Shown: positions 32,001 through 41,589 of the stretch, piece by piece
Layout: every line of letters starts with the position of its first letter
Position numbering within the stretch: position 1 is the first letter of the stretch
Notes under the pieces: model-generated
The model's database searches: none
The model's input: only the letters and a program-made list of their open reading frames with translations
Told to the model about the DNA's origin: nothing
Translations under genes and position numbers: made by a program
Source: Candidatus Poribacteria bacterium
GTDB lineage: Bacteria > Poribacteria > WGA-4E > UBA9662
Assembly: GCA_046582655.1 (NCBI GenBank)
Contig: JAYGDX010000208.1
Span: forward strand, 30,361-94,360
Reading direction: 5' to 3'
DNA length: 64,000 bases

Positions 32001-35000
32001 ATGGCTGAGTCACCAATCGTATTTAGTTTGAATAACCAACCGCTGAGAAGCGCTAGATTAAATCAGTTAACTTTCCACAATTTAAAGGTTGGTCACCACA
32101 CATTTTCAGCAAAATTGACTAATGATTCACGCACCACAGTTCGCAATTTCACAATAGTACCAACTTTCACTGTAGAGATTGAGCCAAACAATTCTCCTTT
32201 TACTGCTACGCCTTTGACGAGTAACGGAATTATGCTCGGGTCAACAAATGCTGAGCTTGATATTGATTGGTTTCAGGTAACGCTAAATAGGGAAACAAGC
32301 AGCCAACTCGATCTACATTTTGATCGGTCACAGGGAATTGGTCGAACCAATATAACTGTTCTATCATCAGATCTACAGGTTCTAAGCGAAATAGCGGCTG
32401 ATCCATCGACACGCCAACGGATTCAGATAAGTCTTGGTATTGGATTTGGGACCGACGATCTGCTGATAAAAGTGCAAGCGTCAGGAGAGAATCCAGCTGC
32501 TACCTACAATCTGTCCATAGCAAAGATACGGAGATTACCAGTATCTATATTGGAAATTGAACCCAACGATACACTTGAAGTAACGCAATCTATTGACCTA
32601 GGCAATCAGGTTTTCGAAATTGTGGGGCGTGCGGATCGACCTCAGGACATTGATTATTTTGAACTTAATGTTCCTCTTCAGAAACTATTGACCATTAATT
32701 TCCAGTCTACTCCGAAAGCAACTGTACAGATATTGTCGGAAAAAGAGCAAATTGGTCAACTTGATAGCAAAAATAAGAATTGGGAAACAATGCTAACAAC
32801 CGGCAGATATAAACTGCGAGTAGCGAATGCAAATGGTACTTATCGAATTGCCATCAAACCAAAAGAGGTCTTATTGGACAAATGGGAACTCGAACCCAAC
32901 GGTGACATCAGATTTGCTACTTTAATCAAGTCCAATACGGTAGTCAACGGTTCGCTATCATTAACCGATCGAGATTGGTTCAAGCTAGTTACTAATGAGC
33001 GTGGTATTCTTAGTGTGGCGCTTTCTGGTGAATCGATACAAGAGGCAAAATTGACTCTGCATTCTGTGGTTGGCGGAACAATCAAACCCAAGATTCTATC
33101 AGCCACCAACACCACTACTTTTTCAATCGATGCTTTTCCAGGTACCTATTACCTGAAGATCGAGGCCAACGCTTCGTTTAGCAAATACCAGCTGACGCCC
33201 GTTTTGGTTACCAAGATTTCTCATAATGCCGTTGATCGGATTTTGGGAACAAACGAGACCCTAACTGTCCAGTTTGATTGGATTCCTGATCAGCAAGCTA
33301 ACCTTCGGATCGTAAAAGCTGAACAGGTTATTGACATTCGTCCGATGACCCATCAGGGTAATGGTCACTATGTGAGTCAGCTAAAAATGACTGACAATCT
33401 GGCTGTCGTAAAAGGCAGTCTTATCGTCGATCTAGCCATATCAAACCATCCAGATCTTATCAACAGCTTTCTGATTGAAGATTCCATTCACATTGATACT
33501 CTACCACCTAAAATCGAGCGAATTTCCCATAAATCTGTCAGGCCTAACGGCACAGTGCTGCCGGTTGGCCTCGACCAAAATTTGATTATTCGTATGGTTG
33601 GTGAAGCTAGATCAATGGCTAGGTTTCGCATTGAAGCCGACAACTTCTCTGTCATCGGAGAGATGTTCGATGATGGTAAACATGATGATCAGAAAATAGA
33701 CGATGGGATCTATAGTGGCTTCTACACCGTTAGCCCGGGTGACAACATTAGCCGAGGGAAACTCATTGGTCTCCTAAAAGATTCTGCAGATAACACTAGT
33801 CAATTAGTCAGTAACATGCCGGTTGTTCTTGATACGGATCCTCCAGAAATTCAAAGCATTGCTTATACTGTCAAACGTCCGCAACAGGGATTTATTACCA
33901 CCACTACGCTTCTAGCCGGAGATATTTTGACAATCACGTTGACGGGAACCCCGAATTGCAAAGCCACTTTCCATCTAGATGATATGGCAAAAGATCTGTC
34001 GCTCTTTGATGATGGCACCCATAGCGACCTAACACCAAATGATGGAATCTATACTAATTTTTATGTCGTACGGAAAGAGAACCAGACGAAGAGTGTTGCT
34101 GTCATTACCCAATTAACGGATTTAGCTGGCAACGAAAACGAGCAGATACTTTCTGAGACACTGAATATTGATACCGACCCGCCAAAAATCAAGTCAATCA
34201 GACATAGCGCTGGCAGTATAGCCTTAGTACAAGGTGATAAACTTATCGTATATATGGAAGGCGAACCTGGCGGTACAGCCATATTTGACATCGGTTCCTT
34301 AAAAACCGATCTGCCGCTCTTCGACGATGGATCCGGTGAGGACAGCGAACCGAATGACGGAACCTACACCGGCCTGTACCAGATTGTGGCTGGCGACTCT
34401 GTCCATAACGCCATGATATCTGCCAGACTCATCGATCAAAATGGAAATAGCCAAATGATTCGTGCCGGTTCCCGTCTAACAATCGATGCTGTTCCACCAG
34501 ATCCAATTAGAAATATCAAGGTGACTGATCAGCCTGATGATCAAGGTAATGTCTTGATCATCACTTGGGATCTGCTTGATCAAACAGACGATTTTGCCAG
34601 GTACCAGATATACCGCGAAACAGCGCCTATCCGATCAACGTTCAGTCTTATTCCTATCCCAATTAATCTGTTGTCGGCAAACCGAATCGAGGCAAAAGTG
34701 AACGTGCCGCGCAATAATTTCAACTATTACGTTGCTGTGACAGTGGTCGATCTGGCTGGAAACGAATCACTGACAGAAGAACGTCAGTCCATATTTGGAC
34801 CGGTACAGGCGACTGATGATCTACCACCGCCATCAGTCACCAATGTAACCGCCTCGGACAAACCGAGTGACAATGGCAAAACGTTGGTTGTCCACTGGGC
34901 GCCTGTCTTGGTAGAGGATTTTGCGCGTGTTGACATCTATGTTGAGTCGAATCAGATTAAAAAAACCAATGACCTGAAACCGGTTTTGAGTATTACTGAT

Positions 35001-36191
35001 CCAAATGTAATCGAAGCCGAGCTGACAATTGAGCTGGATAATACCAATTATTTTGTAGCTGTGATTGCGGCAGATGAAAACCAAAACAACTCGACAATAG
35101 GTACCGGCTCCATCGCTGGTCCGGTGCAAACTAAAGATGAAATTCCTCCTCTACCTGTTGTAGGTGTATCTGCTATCGATACCCTCTCTGATAATGGGAA
35201 GAGTCTCACCGTTTCCTGGACGCTGCTGGAGGAAGTTGATGTCTATCAGGTTTACCTTTCCCTCACGCCCATTGGCACTAAAGATATACGGGGACTGAAA
35301 CCGGTCATCGTTAAAGATGACAAGGAAAGAGAAAAACAGATTGATACTCCGGCAGATGGAATTGATCTATTCGTGGCGGTAACGGCAGCTGATGTAGCCG
35401 GTAACAGATCTGAACTTGATGAAGCCAGCGTTGCTGGGCCAGTACAATCAGTATCTAACCTGATTGTACCCAATATTCCAACGACTATTACTGCCGGGTT
35501 TGATCCTAAAACACAAATTGCTGTACCCGCGAATGAGGTCGGTAGCAGGACAACAGTCATTGATATCGTTCTGCCGACTGATGCAGACATCATTTCTCAG
35601 ATCGAGGAAGCCAACTACTTTTTGGAACAAGCCCATATTGATGACACAACAGACATTGCACTTCAAAATACAACTCGGCAATTTATTCTCAATGGTGAAA
35701 AGGGTTCTTCGTTCCAAATTACAATGTCATATGATGGGAGAGAAGTCCCTCAGGATGTTGAGAGTAAGCTACGTATTTTCAGCCTGAATCCTTACGGCCG
35801 AATTATACTGTGGGAGCTTGTCTCAGGATCTCAATTTATTGATTTTGAAAATAAGACCATTACTGCTAGTACGAATCGACTTTCCGTTTTTCGCATCGCG
35901 CGTTTACAACTGCCTAACAATCTTAACAATGTTGTTGTTCATCCCAATCCATTTAGACCCAACATCACGGAAAGCAAGGAAATAACTTTTGAGAAATTAA
36001 CAGAAAACTCAATCATAGACATATTTACTTTGAACGGGGAGTTGGTGAAATCAGACATCGAAGGCAGGTCCGGTTACGCCATATGGGATGGTCGTAACGA
36101 TGGTGGATCAGAGGTAGTGAGTGGACTGTATGTCTATTTGATCCGTAGTGACATCGATAAGGCTGTGGGTAAAATTCTGATTATTCGGTGA
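26085..36191 (+). CDS. Giant (3368 aa) secreted repeat protein: PPC-like, Ig-like, FN3-like and Asp-rich Ca-binding (choice-of-anchor X-like) modules, T9SS-like C-terminal domain
   Basis: Signal peptide ending AYA; ExEPN..D.DWF repeats, DxPxDxG..W..Y FN3-like repeats, (L/M)FDDG.H.D...NDG.Y repeats; terminal VVHPNPFRP..WDGRNDGG.EV.SGLYVY..GKILIIR. Confidence 0.85.
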   Translation: MLGSKRLFLSVLFLVLIPFFAYAQQTPETRIISGVSGTVSHGDVVFMWMGQSTDRPILGYYYTLGNAEPVFTDATQVTFFDLFDGIYSFSISAIDIDGVIDPTPAFENFQVSRNVQLEVEFNGQSNFANYLQSGRILQGMSLNQHDDDWYKFDVSNVGAITVSLKRVGGTGLATAKIYQKIASDANKIAEFHIDQQNAQRQIMTIGVAEGSYFIQIQPGIVDFDFTGYTLAVSPNKLGDGVAWDVENNDTFADASPLKFPANQQLTLIGSQNSIGDLDWFTLQILRRQKLKVIFERLGASSQTMTYLYRSPVGNEVSRQVGLLEATTLNGHFAQLETYVAPGNYLFKIDNGTFQEAINYVVLLQLEEIGVGMITEFEPNNISPLLNPNSADRISLGKTLVGSSWNGNEDIDWFQISIPNLDRLDQSILHISFERSLGIGSTRLEVFSHSGIKVGELKISAQNDQSGQLSVPVNNRTLILRLTPTHESAMADYRLRPTLIKSARHLAEKALVLDEKLIVEVKLSQSVSAATFDLIGDFTSPSADFRTKNIPLIATESSGNDTALTGSYQMLLGDDATSVTVMVKLTDSDNRILNINLPNQIEIDTTVPEIKLLEHNGRGVLIAGDQLEVVLHGDVEDVEASVEIIDAETGFKAVKIPMKRIDNNWQAIYQVKPSDTIKNGIVVARLTDDAGNTATAQTQRQVNLIGKSPKIISVDHDADLPLGLGQTLTVTMVATTNGTATFSINDPTSMTGDGQGVYVGRYIVQEGDQLKDAKISIGFVDQSGQRVDIEVSKSLTIDGNLPESVRVLEAVDVPDDQGFRIHLKWEPSVDPTLSHYNVYLSDRPIREVGKPILGNLKTTSTVLSVPLNNVPFYIAITATDSVGNVSRISAESVVNRVKTIDNLPPNPVVLVSAIDTPDDAGKSVTVSWTHPSFDSDFHKYRIYASELSPTNSSAVLELQSEIFNVALTSVDVSTVIDNKDQFFLVTAIDKSGNESAIVEGAISAATHSTANVILDSDGLLRFQTAPIGLIHYNSPSFRWSSFRSETKYRYQLDQHSPRIINATKLLLRDLAPGSHQLRVETLDGKQSVIRRFSVSDSLLSENEPNNNSDQANNLPLNWEIRADAADIDFYQIQVEHKGVLDIYLGRNISPLTITVYRGQQPIAVGQVQPNKLSPISIGVLPESYLVVVENDSQAVSLYSLSTQFTISEMWETEPNDQVASPMPIDTVIRGSQTRQGDRDLHRLQLNQAGLLVVNVTSEDENPNMELILKDETGVVGRSKESVMTAEVKSGTYFLEITPESEYRLIATLVERANFWIDDGTKNPPRNLLRSGDSLVVDISWHGETSFSLDGVTSEVALKNPASIKIPNNLDISDVSIGVTLVNSRQNAIHFELSPPLEIHTTTPNSIQNLVAFDTPDDAGGNVTLSWARPGDLANLAGYKIYLFDEGPEEDPSASRLESEVNDPLITQISISTDVDDIDLFFAVIAVDLYGNESKITDSSTDGPVRSTNNKMPPNIISARHNATKTLVNGDILNVELTGDRSKTASFSITGVVENIKLFDDGKHDDKEANDGHYAGSYQVKPKDLAINTLVEVTLNDGKGNHATQAVAPTISVDAIPPRIKELAHDAKTPLKAGDTLSISLLAESNIIVKFEIVDKDRIVIDTNRFSLVQNIQLEDNQKPDGDKAFTMPMIDFRSSLVIQEGDDLTDGHVRATVQKLTGKAIILMSTTALTVDTISPDKVADLTAVDRPSDQGYVVRLSWQANQNSDFDHYRIYLSNTPISPYSLESIKFLTTKTESEMVKVEQNNADIYLAVTAVDVAGNIQQDLSMVTTQAIDNIPPVPVQIVLATDSPNDFGGQVTLALRSPNFEPDFAGYRVYVSGDKIAATQGLRPILTIPDRNLVNIDVPSPSDKQPYFYAITAIDTSANESQLNTGSVTLAIQSANNIGREIENPVQIVSGPIGTVRRKAVTFHLFSMAESPIVFSLNNQPLRSARLNQLTFHNLKVGHHTFSAKLTNDSRTTVRNFTIVPTFTVEIEPNNSPFTATPLTSNGIMLGSTNAELDIDWFQVTLNRETSSQLDLHFDRSQGIGRTNITVLSSDLQVLSEIAADPSTRQRIQISLGIGFGTDDLLIKVQASGENPAATYNLSIAKIRRLPVSILEIEPNDTLEVTQSIDLGNQVFEIVGRADRPQDIDYFELNVPLQKLLTINFQSTPKATVQILSEKEQIGQLDSKNKNWETMLTTGRYKLRVANANGTYRIAIKPKEVLLDKWELEPNGDIRFATLIKSNTVVNGSLSLTDRDWFKLVTNERGILSVALSGESIQEAKLTLHSVVGGTIKPKILSATNTTTFSIDAFPGTYYLKIEANASFSKYQLTPVLVTKISHNAVDRILGTNETLTVQFDWIPDQQANLRIVKAEQVIDIRPMTHQGNGHYVSQLKMTDNLAVVKGSLIVDLAISNHPDLINSFLIEDSIHIDTLPPKIERISHKSVRPNGTVLPVGLDQNLIIRMVGEARSMARFRIEADNFSVIGEMFDDGKHDDQKIDDGIYSGFYTVSPGDNISRGKLIGLLKDSADNTSQLVSNMPVVLDTDPPEIQSIAYTVKRPQQGFITTTTLLAGDILTITLTGTPNCKATFHLDDMAKDLSLFDDGTHSDLTPNDGIYTNFYVVRKENQTKSVAVITQLTDLAGNENEQILSETLNIDTDPPKIKSIRHSAGSIALVQGDKLIVYMEGEPGGTAIFDIGSLKTDLPLFDDGSGEDSEPNDGTYTGLYQIVAGDSVHNAMISARLIDQNGNSQMIRAGSRLTIDAVPPDPIRNIKVTDQPDDQGNVLIITWDLLDQTDDFARYQIYRETAPIRSTFSLIPIPINLLSANRIEAKVNVPRNNFNYYVAVTVVDLAGNESLTEERQSIFGPVQATDDLPPPSVTNVTASDKPSDNGKTLVVHWAPVLVEDFARVDIYVESNQIKKTNDLKPVLSITDPNVIEAELTIELDNTNYFVAVIAADENQNNSTIGTGSIAGPVQTKDEIPPLPVVGVSAIDTLSDNGKSLTVSWTLLEEVDVYQVYLSLTPIGTKDIRGLKPVIVKDDKEREKQIDTPADGIDLFVAVTAADVAGNRSELDEASVAGPVQSVSNLIVPNIPTTITAGFDPKTQIAVPANEVGSRTTVIDIVLPTDADIISQIEEANYFLEQAHIDDTTDIALQNTTRQFILNGEKGSSFQITMSYDGREVPQDVESKLRIFSLNPYGRIILWELVSGSQFIDFENKTITASTNRLSVFRIARLQLPNNLNNVVVHPNPFRPNITESKEITFEKLTENSIIDIFTLNGELVKSDIEGRSGYAIWDGRNDGGSEVVSGLYVYLIRSDIDKAVGKILIIR

Positions 36192-36247
36192 GAGATTCAT
36201 CCTCCCTATCTTCATTGAGACGACATCAAGTACTTCCAAACACGTTC

Positions 36248-37850
36248 TTAGGGATTCGGGTAGTAGCCTATTCTTTCTTCAAGGAACGGGGTTATAAGGA
36301 TCTTCTTGCCCGGCTTTTTGGTACCAATAGCTAATGGTGTCATAAAGACAGTAATTCCCTTCTCCCCAGCGATTGACTTTGTACTTTTCTAATACACCTT
36401 CGAAGGACATGGTGAAAGGGACATTATCGCAAATATGAAAGCGGTTGACCGAAGTATGACCATTGCCGTCAAAGGCTACATAAGGCTGACAGGCAAAAGC
36501 GCTATCGAAAGTTGGGAACGGAGGTTCGGCTGACCAGGCATAACCGATATAATCTTCCGATCCTGTGCCAAAAGTAGAAGGGAATTTTTCTCCATCGACG
36601 AAGAATTTCTCGTCACCTTCTCCCCACCACCAATCGATATTTTTCTCTCCCCAAGCTCCATACCATCAACTTTCAGCTGGCTGATCTGGTTCCTTCCAGC
36701 AATTCCACACGTGTAGATGCATTTCGCAAAAACGTCCCTCTCCTCCAATAATCAAAAAAGGCCAATCGATATCCCTGCCATTTTGTTGAGATGATTCAAG
36801 CAAGGCGTCACGATGCCATTTGGCGTGAAACCGAAGCAGTTGGTTAGGATCCTGATACAATGGCACATGATGAAGTTGAAAATCCAACGTATAAGTTTTT
36901 TCCCCTTCATTTTTGAGCTCAATCTGTGCTTGATTAAAAGGCATGTACCAATTGCTGTAGAAACCACCATCTGTCATGCCAACTGGGAGCGACCGAAAAT
37001 GATTAATGCCAGGTACTGTGGCAAAAAAATCACCTAAAGAGGATCAAACGCTGGGTTCTGTTTGACCATCCCATCTGACGCTGAATGTAATCTCTCGTAA
37101 AGCGTCCTGTTCGGTTGCACGATCTAAGTGCGGAACGACCTTGAGCCGATGAATAGCACGCGCTTCCTTGATTTCACAGACCTGAATGGTTTCGCCGGAC
37201 GACAGATTAAGACTGAAGTTTTCAGTTATGCTGTCTTTTTTCTTAACAAATTGCCAACCTCTTTAGGACAGATATCGGTCTGCTTCAGCTAAAGCGATAC
37301 ACGTATTCCTGTCGAAAGTTCCATCAAATTTGGGCAAGATGGTATTTGTCGAGAAGGTAGTGTAGGTGAAATGATAGTATCTGCCCCAGCCCGAATCAAA
37401 CACGACTTTACAGTGCTGATTGAAAGGGATTGGAATAAAACGGTTACGTCCTCGGGACAGTGTTGGCATGAGTTCCAGGAAGTTCATGGGCGGAATGTCG
37501 TGATTGAACCGTTCAAAAAAATCCCGAAAAGGTATATTCACCACCGGTTCCTGTTGATAATCTATAAAGATTCGAATATGTCCTGGTTCTGGCAATGCTG
37601 ACCAGACTCTCCAAATGACGCCCGGACCCTCTTTTTCAAAGGCAACGATTTTGTCTCCCTCTTTGTATAGATAACCACTTCCATCTGAATTAGCATCCCA
37701 ATCCTGATACTGCCCAGTTTCAGCATCGTACCGAGAACGGCAGTCATAGCTGGAAAAAGCACCCGATCTTTCTCCACTTGCTGGTGGTGTCGCCAAATAT
37801 TCAAGATCGTAAAGTCTCTGGACCAAGTCTCTATAGCTCAATATCTTCAC
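36248..37850 (-). pseudogene. DUF2961 / glycoside hydrolase family 172 pseudogene
   Basis: One reading frame with [20 protein letters not shown]-like, RFHAKW and [26 protein letters not shown] motifs, broken by in-frame stops at 37263, 37044 and 36666 and a frameshift near the 3' end. Confidence 0.85.
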
Positions 37851-37953
37851 TAATGATACCTCTTTATCTTTCTAAAATCTTATGTTATTAATAACGAACG
37901 ACTCCACTCCGGCCAGATCAACAGAATACCCAAAAGTAGGCGTCAAATTTGCT

Positions 37954-38169
37954 TCAATGGCAATACAGCCTTGATGTCGTCCGATACCTTTCTGGACCTG
38001 TTATGAATCTCCAGCAGATACTAGCGATTGGCTTGCCCACCACGTGATCTCTAGTCAGCGAGAAAGGCTTCAGGTGTATTTCCCTCTGCATAAGTAGGGA
38101 TCCCGCGTCATCATTGGAGATGATAATGCGGTGTTGACGATGGGTTGTTTTCTGATGACCAACGCCCAT
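37954..38169 (-). pseudogene. Probable N-terminal remnant of a glycoside-hydrolase-like gene
   Basis: HRQHRIIISNDD resembles the RRII.NDDG start of TIM-barrel GH-like proteins; short and degraded. Confidence 0.3.
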
Positions 38170-38527
38170 GTCTTAATGTTCCTGTTTCGGTATTTAATTT
38201 CCAAAATTTGTGGGGTAACCCTTGATGTCCATAATAATACGCCAAAAACAACCTACAGTTGCGATCCGACGGTATCGAGGTTCAGTTGCTAATGATCGGT
38301 CTGAAGGAGTATCTAATTGAAATCTTTTAGAGATTCTATATGATTTACAAACTAGGAGAAATTACCAATTATCGGATAAAACGTGTCAAGTTTATAGCAA
38401 AACAAAGTACGGAATAAACCGGAGATAAAAAGTTGAAACAGTTTTTCATGTAAATCTAGTTAGAACTAATGCTTTTGTTAATATCTTCCTATTATTTATC
38501 GGGGAATATACTCACCTATTTGGCCGA

Positions 38528-38555
38528 TTGACAAATCCATAATTAGTAGTATAAT
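38528..38555 (+). promoter_or_regulatory. Consensus sigma70 promoter
   Basis: TTGACA-N16-TATAAT about 30 nt before the 38587 ATG. Confidence 0.75.
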
Positions 38556-38586
38556 TGCATTCAACCTCAATTAGAAGGAAAGAAGA

Positions 38587-39336
38587 ATGAAGACGCAATT
38601 TATAGCTGATTTTGAAGCTTACATGCCCGCTGAATTTAATGATCAATCCTATGGAAAATCTGAACTTCTTTCTCTGGCGGATGAAGTTGGTATTGACGTT
38701 TGTGTTGTTTTTCCGGCTGGCGTGCCACCAGACCCAAGACCGCTTAACGCAGATTTATTACAAAAAGCAGTAGGCGAACCTCGTATCTTACCTGGTTGTT
38801 TAATTAATCCAACCATGGGCGTAGATGCCTCTGATGATTTAAAGAGGTGTGTTGATCAAGGCGCACGAACGGTAAAGCTCATGGCCGCCTTACACGGCTA
38901 CCGCGTGGATTCGACTTGTGCTGATCCTATCATGGAACAGGCAGCGTCACTTGGAATTCCTGCCACGATCCATTCCGGCTCACCGATGAGCGGATGCTCA
39001 CCCCAATACATTGGCAACCTTGCTCGTCGTCATCCAGATGTCACGATTATAATGGATCATATGGGTTATCGCGAATGGGTGGGGCTAGCCGTCGATGCTG
39101 CGGCAGAAAACGCTAACGTTTATTTGGGAACCACACTGATAGCCGCTGCCGAACCGATTTCCATTAAAAATATTGTTCGGGGTAGCAGTGTTGGTGCTGA
39201 CCGTATCGTCTTCGGATCGAATTCACCGAGTGGAGTGGCGTCACATGGCGTCAATGGTATTCGGAATGTCGGGTTCACAGCGCAGGAGGAATCACTAATT
39301 CTAGGCCAAAATCTGAAGCAGATTTATCAACTCTGA
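38587..39336 (+). CDS. Amidohydrolase family 2 (TIM-barrel metal-dependent hydrolase)
   Basis: INP..G, VKL, IHSG, LARRHPDVTIIMDHMG, NVYL.T, GADRIVFGSNSP. Confidence 0.82.
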   Translation: MKTQFIADFEAYMPAEFNDQSYGKSELLSLADEVGIDVCVVFPAGVPPDPRPLNADLLQKAVGEPRILPGCLINPTMGVDASDDLKRCVDQGARTVKLMAALHGYRVDSTCADPIMEQAASLGIPATIHSGSPMSGCSPQYIGNLARRHPDVTIIMDHMGYREWVGLAVDAAAENANVYLGTTLIAAAEPISIKNIVRGSSVGADRIVFGSNSPSGVASHGVNGIRNVGFTAQEESLILGQNLKQIYQL

Positions 39337-39520
39337 AACCGTCATTCAGGATTTTTCTATCAACTCCATTGTAGGTATAATCTGATCTTTACTACCTATT
39401 GGTTCTCACTCCGTTAATAAGCGACCAACCTTCGGCGGGAATAGAAGCAGCATTTCTCATTTTTGGGCTTGGTGTGTCTATAGAATAGGTGTACGCAACC
39501 ATTACGGAGATATTTGCTCT

Positions 39521-41467
39521 ATGTATCAAAACCATTACAAAACGGAGGAAAATACCAAGTCGGTCAATATCAAAGTAAATAAGGGTGCAACTTGGCGAGC
39601 AATCCTGATCGGATCGATTCTGTTACCGTTGAACGTCTATTGGCTAACAGTAGCAGAAATGAAATACGGCTCTCAGGCTACAGCACTCCCGCTGTTCATC
39701 TATCCTGTCTTTATCCTTTTTTGTTTGGTTGTGTGTAACGTTGGACTTGGAAAGTTATGGTCGACACTTTGTCTCTCAACTGGAGAGTTACTTACCATTT
39801 ATGTCATGCAGGTAATTGCTTCCTCTCTATCGGCCTACGGGATGCTACAGGATCTTTTTGCTGTTATTGTGCATCCCTACCGATTTGCCTCCCCCGAAAA
39901 TGAGTGGAAAAATCTTTTTTTTCATCATATACCTTCCAACTTCACCGTTAGTCTGCCAGACGTATTGGTTGGATACTACCAAGGGGATTCCACGTTTTAT
40001 CAGCTTAATCATTTGCTGAGTTGGGTAAGACCCTTCGTAACTTGGGCTTCATTCACCTTGGTATTGTTGCTGATGATGCACTGCCTCAACACCTTGTTTC
40101 GTCGACAATGGATTCAACATGAACGTTTAGCTTTCCCAATTATTCAGCTACCAGTAACTATGGTGCAGTCTCCGTACTTTTTTCGTAATCGGATGCTGTG
40201 GCTTGGTTTTGGGATTGTTGCTATTCTGGATGCGCTGAACGGTTTGCATACACTATTTCCAGCCGTTCCGTACTTGCAACTTAAGCTTATCAATATCAGC
40301 CAATATTTCACTGAAAAACCATGGAATCTGATGGGTACAACGCGAGTATCGTTCTATCCGTTCATGATCGGAATCGGTTTTTTTCTGCCCTTAGATCTAT
40401 CTTTTTCCTGCTGGTTTTTCTTTCTACTTCGTCAACTATCTCGTGTGTTTTCGGGTTACATCGGCATTCATCATCTGCCTGGGTTTCCTTACTTCCATGA
40501 ACAGTCAGCGGGTGCTTGGATCTGTTTGGCTTTTATTGCGCTTTGGCTGACCAGAAAGCATCTCGTGTTTGCCTTACAATTTGCCTGGTCAGGCAAATTC
40601 GGTACGGATATGGATGAACCGATGCGTTATCGTACAGCCTTTCTGGGTCTTGGTATCTGCAGTCTCTTTCTTCTTGGATTCGGTTTTCGTGTGGGCATGT
40701 CAATAACGGCTGTATTGTTGTTCTTTGGTATCTACTTCGCTATTGCTATTGCCATCACGCGATTACGTGCGGAATTCGGTGCGCCTCACGGAATCTTCAA
40801 TCATCCTCTGGACATGATGGTAACAACTTTTGGCAGCAAAAGTTGGGGAGCTGGAAACCTGACAGTGATGTCTTTCTTTTTCTGGTTCAATCGCGGCTAT
40901 CGTCCACACCCAATGCCGAACCAGTTTGAAGCGTTAAAGATTGCTGATACTGTTGGTATGCAGAACAGGCGTTTACTGCTGGCCATGATCATTGCTGGAT
41001 TACTTAGTTTAATCTGTTCTTTCTGGAGCAACTTAGATATGATGTACCGTGACGGGGCTCTGGCCAAGGTGACAGGATTTCGGTTCTGGGTAGGTAGGGG
41101 AGCTTTTGCCAAACTGGAAAAATGGTTGCTTCACCCAGTATCACCGGATTGGCTGCGAATCGGGTTTATGGGAATGGGAGCGTTACTGACCCTGACTTTA
41201 CTGGTTTTGCGAATCCGATTTTTCTGGTGGCCCCTACATCCGGCCGGCTACTCACTGGCCGTCAGCTTTGCCATCGATTATTTCTGGTTTCCTTTTTTGA
41301 TTAGCTGGAGCCTGAAATCGATTATATTGAAGTCGGGAGGAATTAGGGGATATCAACAGGCGGTTCCTTTCTTTTTTGGACTGATTCTAGGTGACTTTGT
41401 TGTTGGTTCCCTGTGGATGGTCTTCGGCATGCTGGCCCAACAACATGTTTACACGATTTTTATCTGA
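39521..41467 (+). CDS. Polytopic membrane protein, DUF6785/DUF6784 (putative peptide/oligomer transporter)
   Basis: TWRAILIG, LS.GELLTIY.M, FASPENEW, RRQW..HERLAFP, RFFWWPLHPAGY, GG...Y....PFF.GLILG; many transmembrane segments. Confidence 0.78.
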   Translation: MYQNHYKTEENTKSVNIKVNKGATWRAILIGSILLPLNVYWLTVAEMKYGSQATALPLFIYPVFILFCLVVCNVGLGKLWSTLCLSTGELLTIYVMQVIASSLSAYGMLQDLFAVIVHPYRFASPENEWKNLFFHHIPSNFTVSLPDVLVGYYQGDSTFYQLNHLLSWVRPFVTWASFTLVLLLMMHCLNTLFRRQWIQHERLAFPIIQLPVTMVQSPYFFRNRMLWLGFGIVAILDALNGLHTLFPAVPYLQLKLINISQYFTEKPWNLMGTTRVSFYPFMIGIGFFLPLDLSFSCWFFFLLRQLSRVFSGYIGIHHLPGFPYFHEQSAGAWICLAFIALWLTRKHLVFALQFAWSGKFGTDMDEPMRYRTAFLGLGICSLFLLGFGFRVGMSITAVLLFFGIYFAIAIAITRLRAEFGAPHGIFNHPLDMMVTTFGSKSWGAGNLTVMSFFFWFNRGYRPHPMPNQFEALKIADTVGMQNRRLLLAMIIAGLLSLICSFWSNLDMMYRDGALAKVTGFRFWVGRGAFAKLEKWLLHPVSPDWLRIGFMGMGALLTLTLLVLRIRFFWWPLHPAGYSLAVSFAIDYFWFPFLISWSLKSIILKSGGIRGYQQAVPFFFGLILGDFVVGSLWMVFGMLAQQHVYTIFI

Positions 41468-41589
41468 ACTGAGTGATGCCTTCTGATATCTTAGGCCGAA
41501 AATTGATTGAATAAAATTTGAAAACAACATAGTCTATCAGTAGGAGGTCAACAAATAATCTAAAACGATCTATTCAGGAAAGGGAATTA

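Noticed and set aside
36666..37265. TGA at Trp positions in the GH172 gene, suggesting an alternative genetic code or readthrough
   Set aside because: The same gene also has an in-frame TAA and a frameshift, and many intact genes here end in TGA and use TGG for Trp
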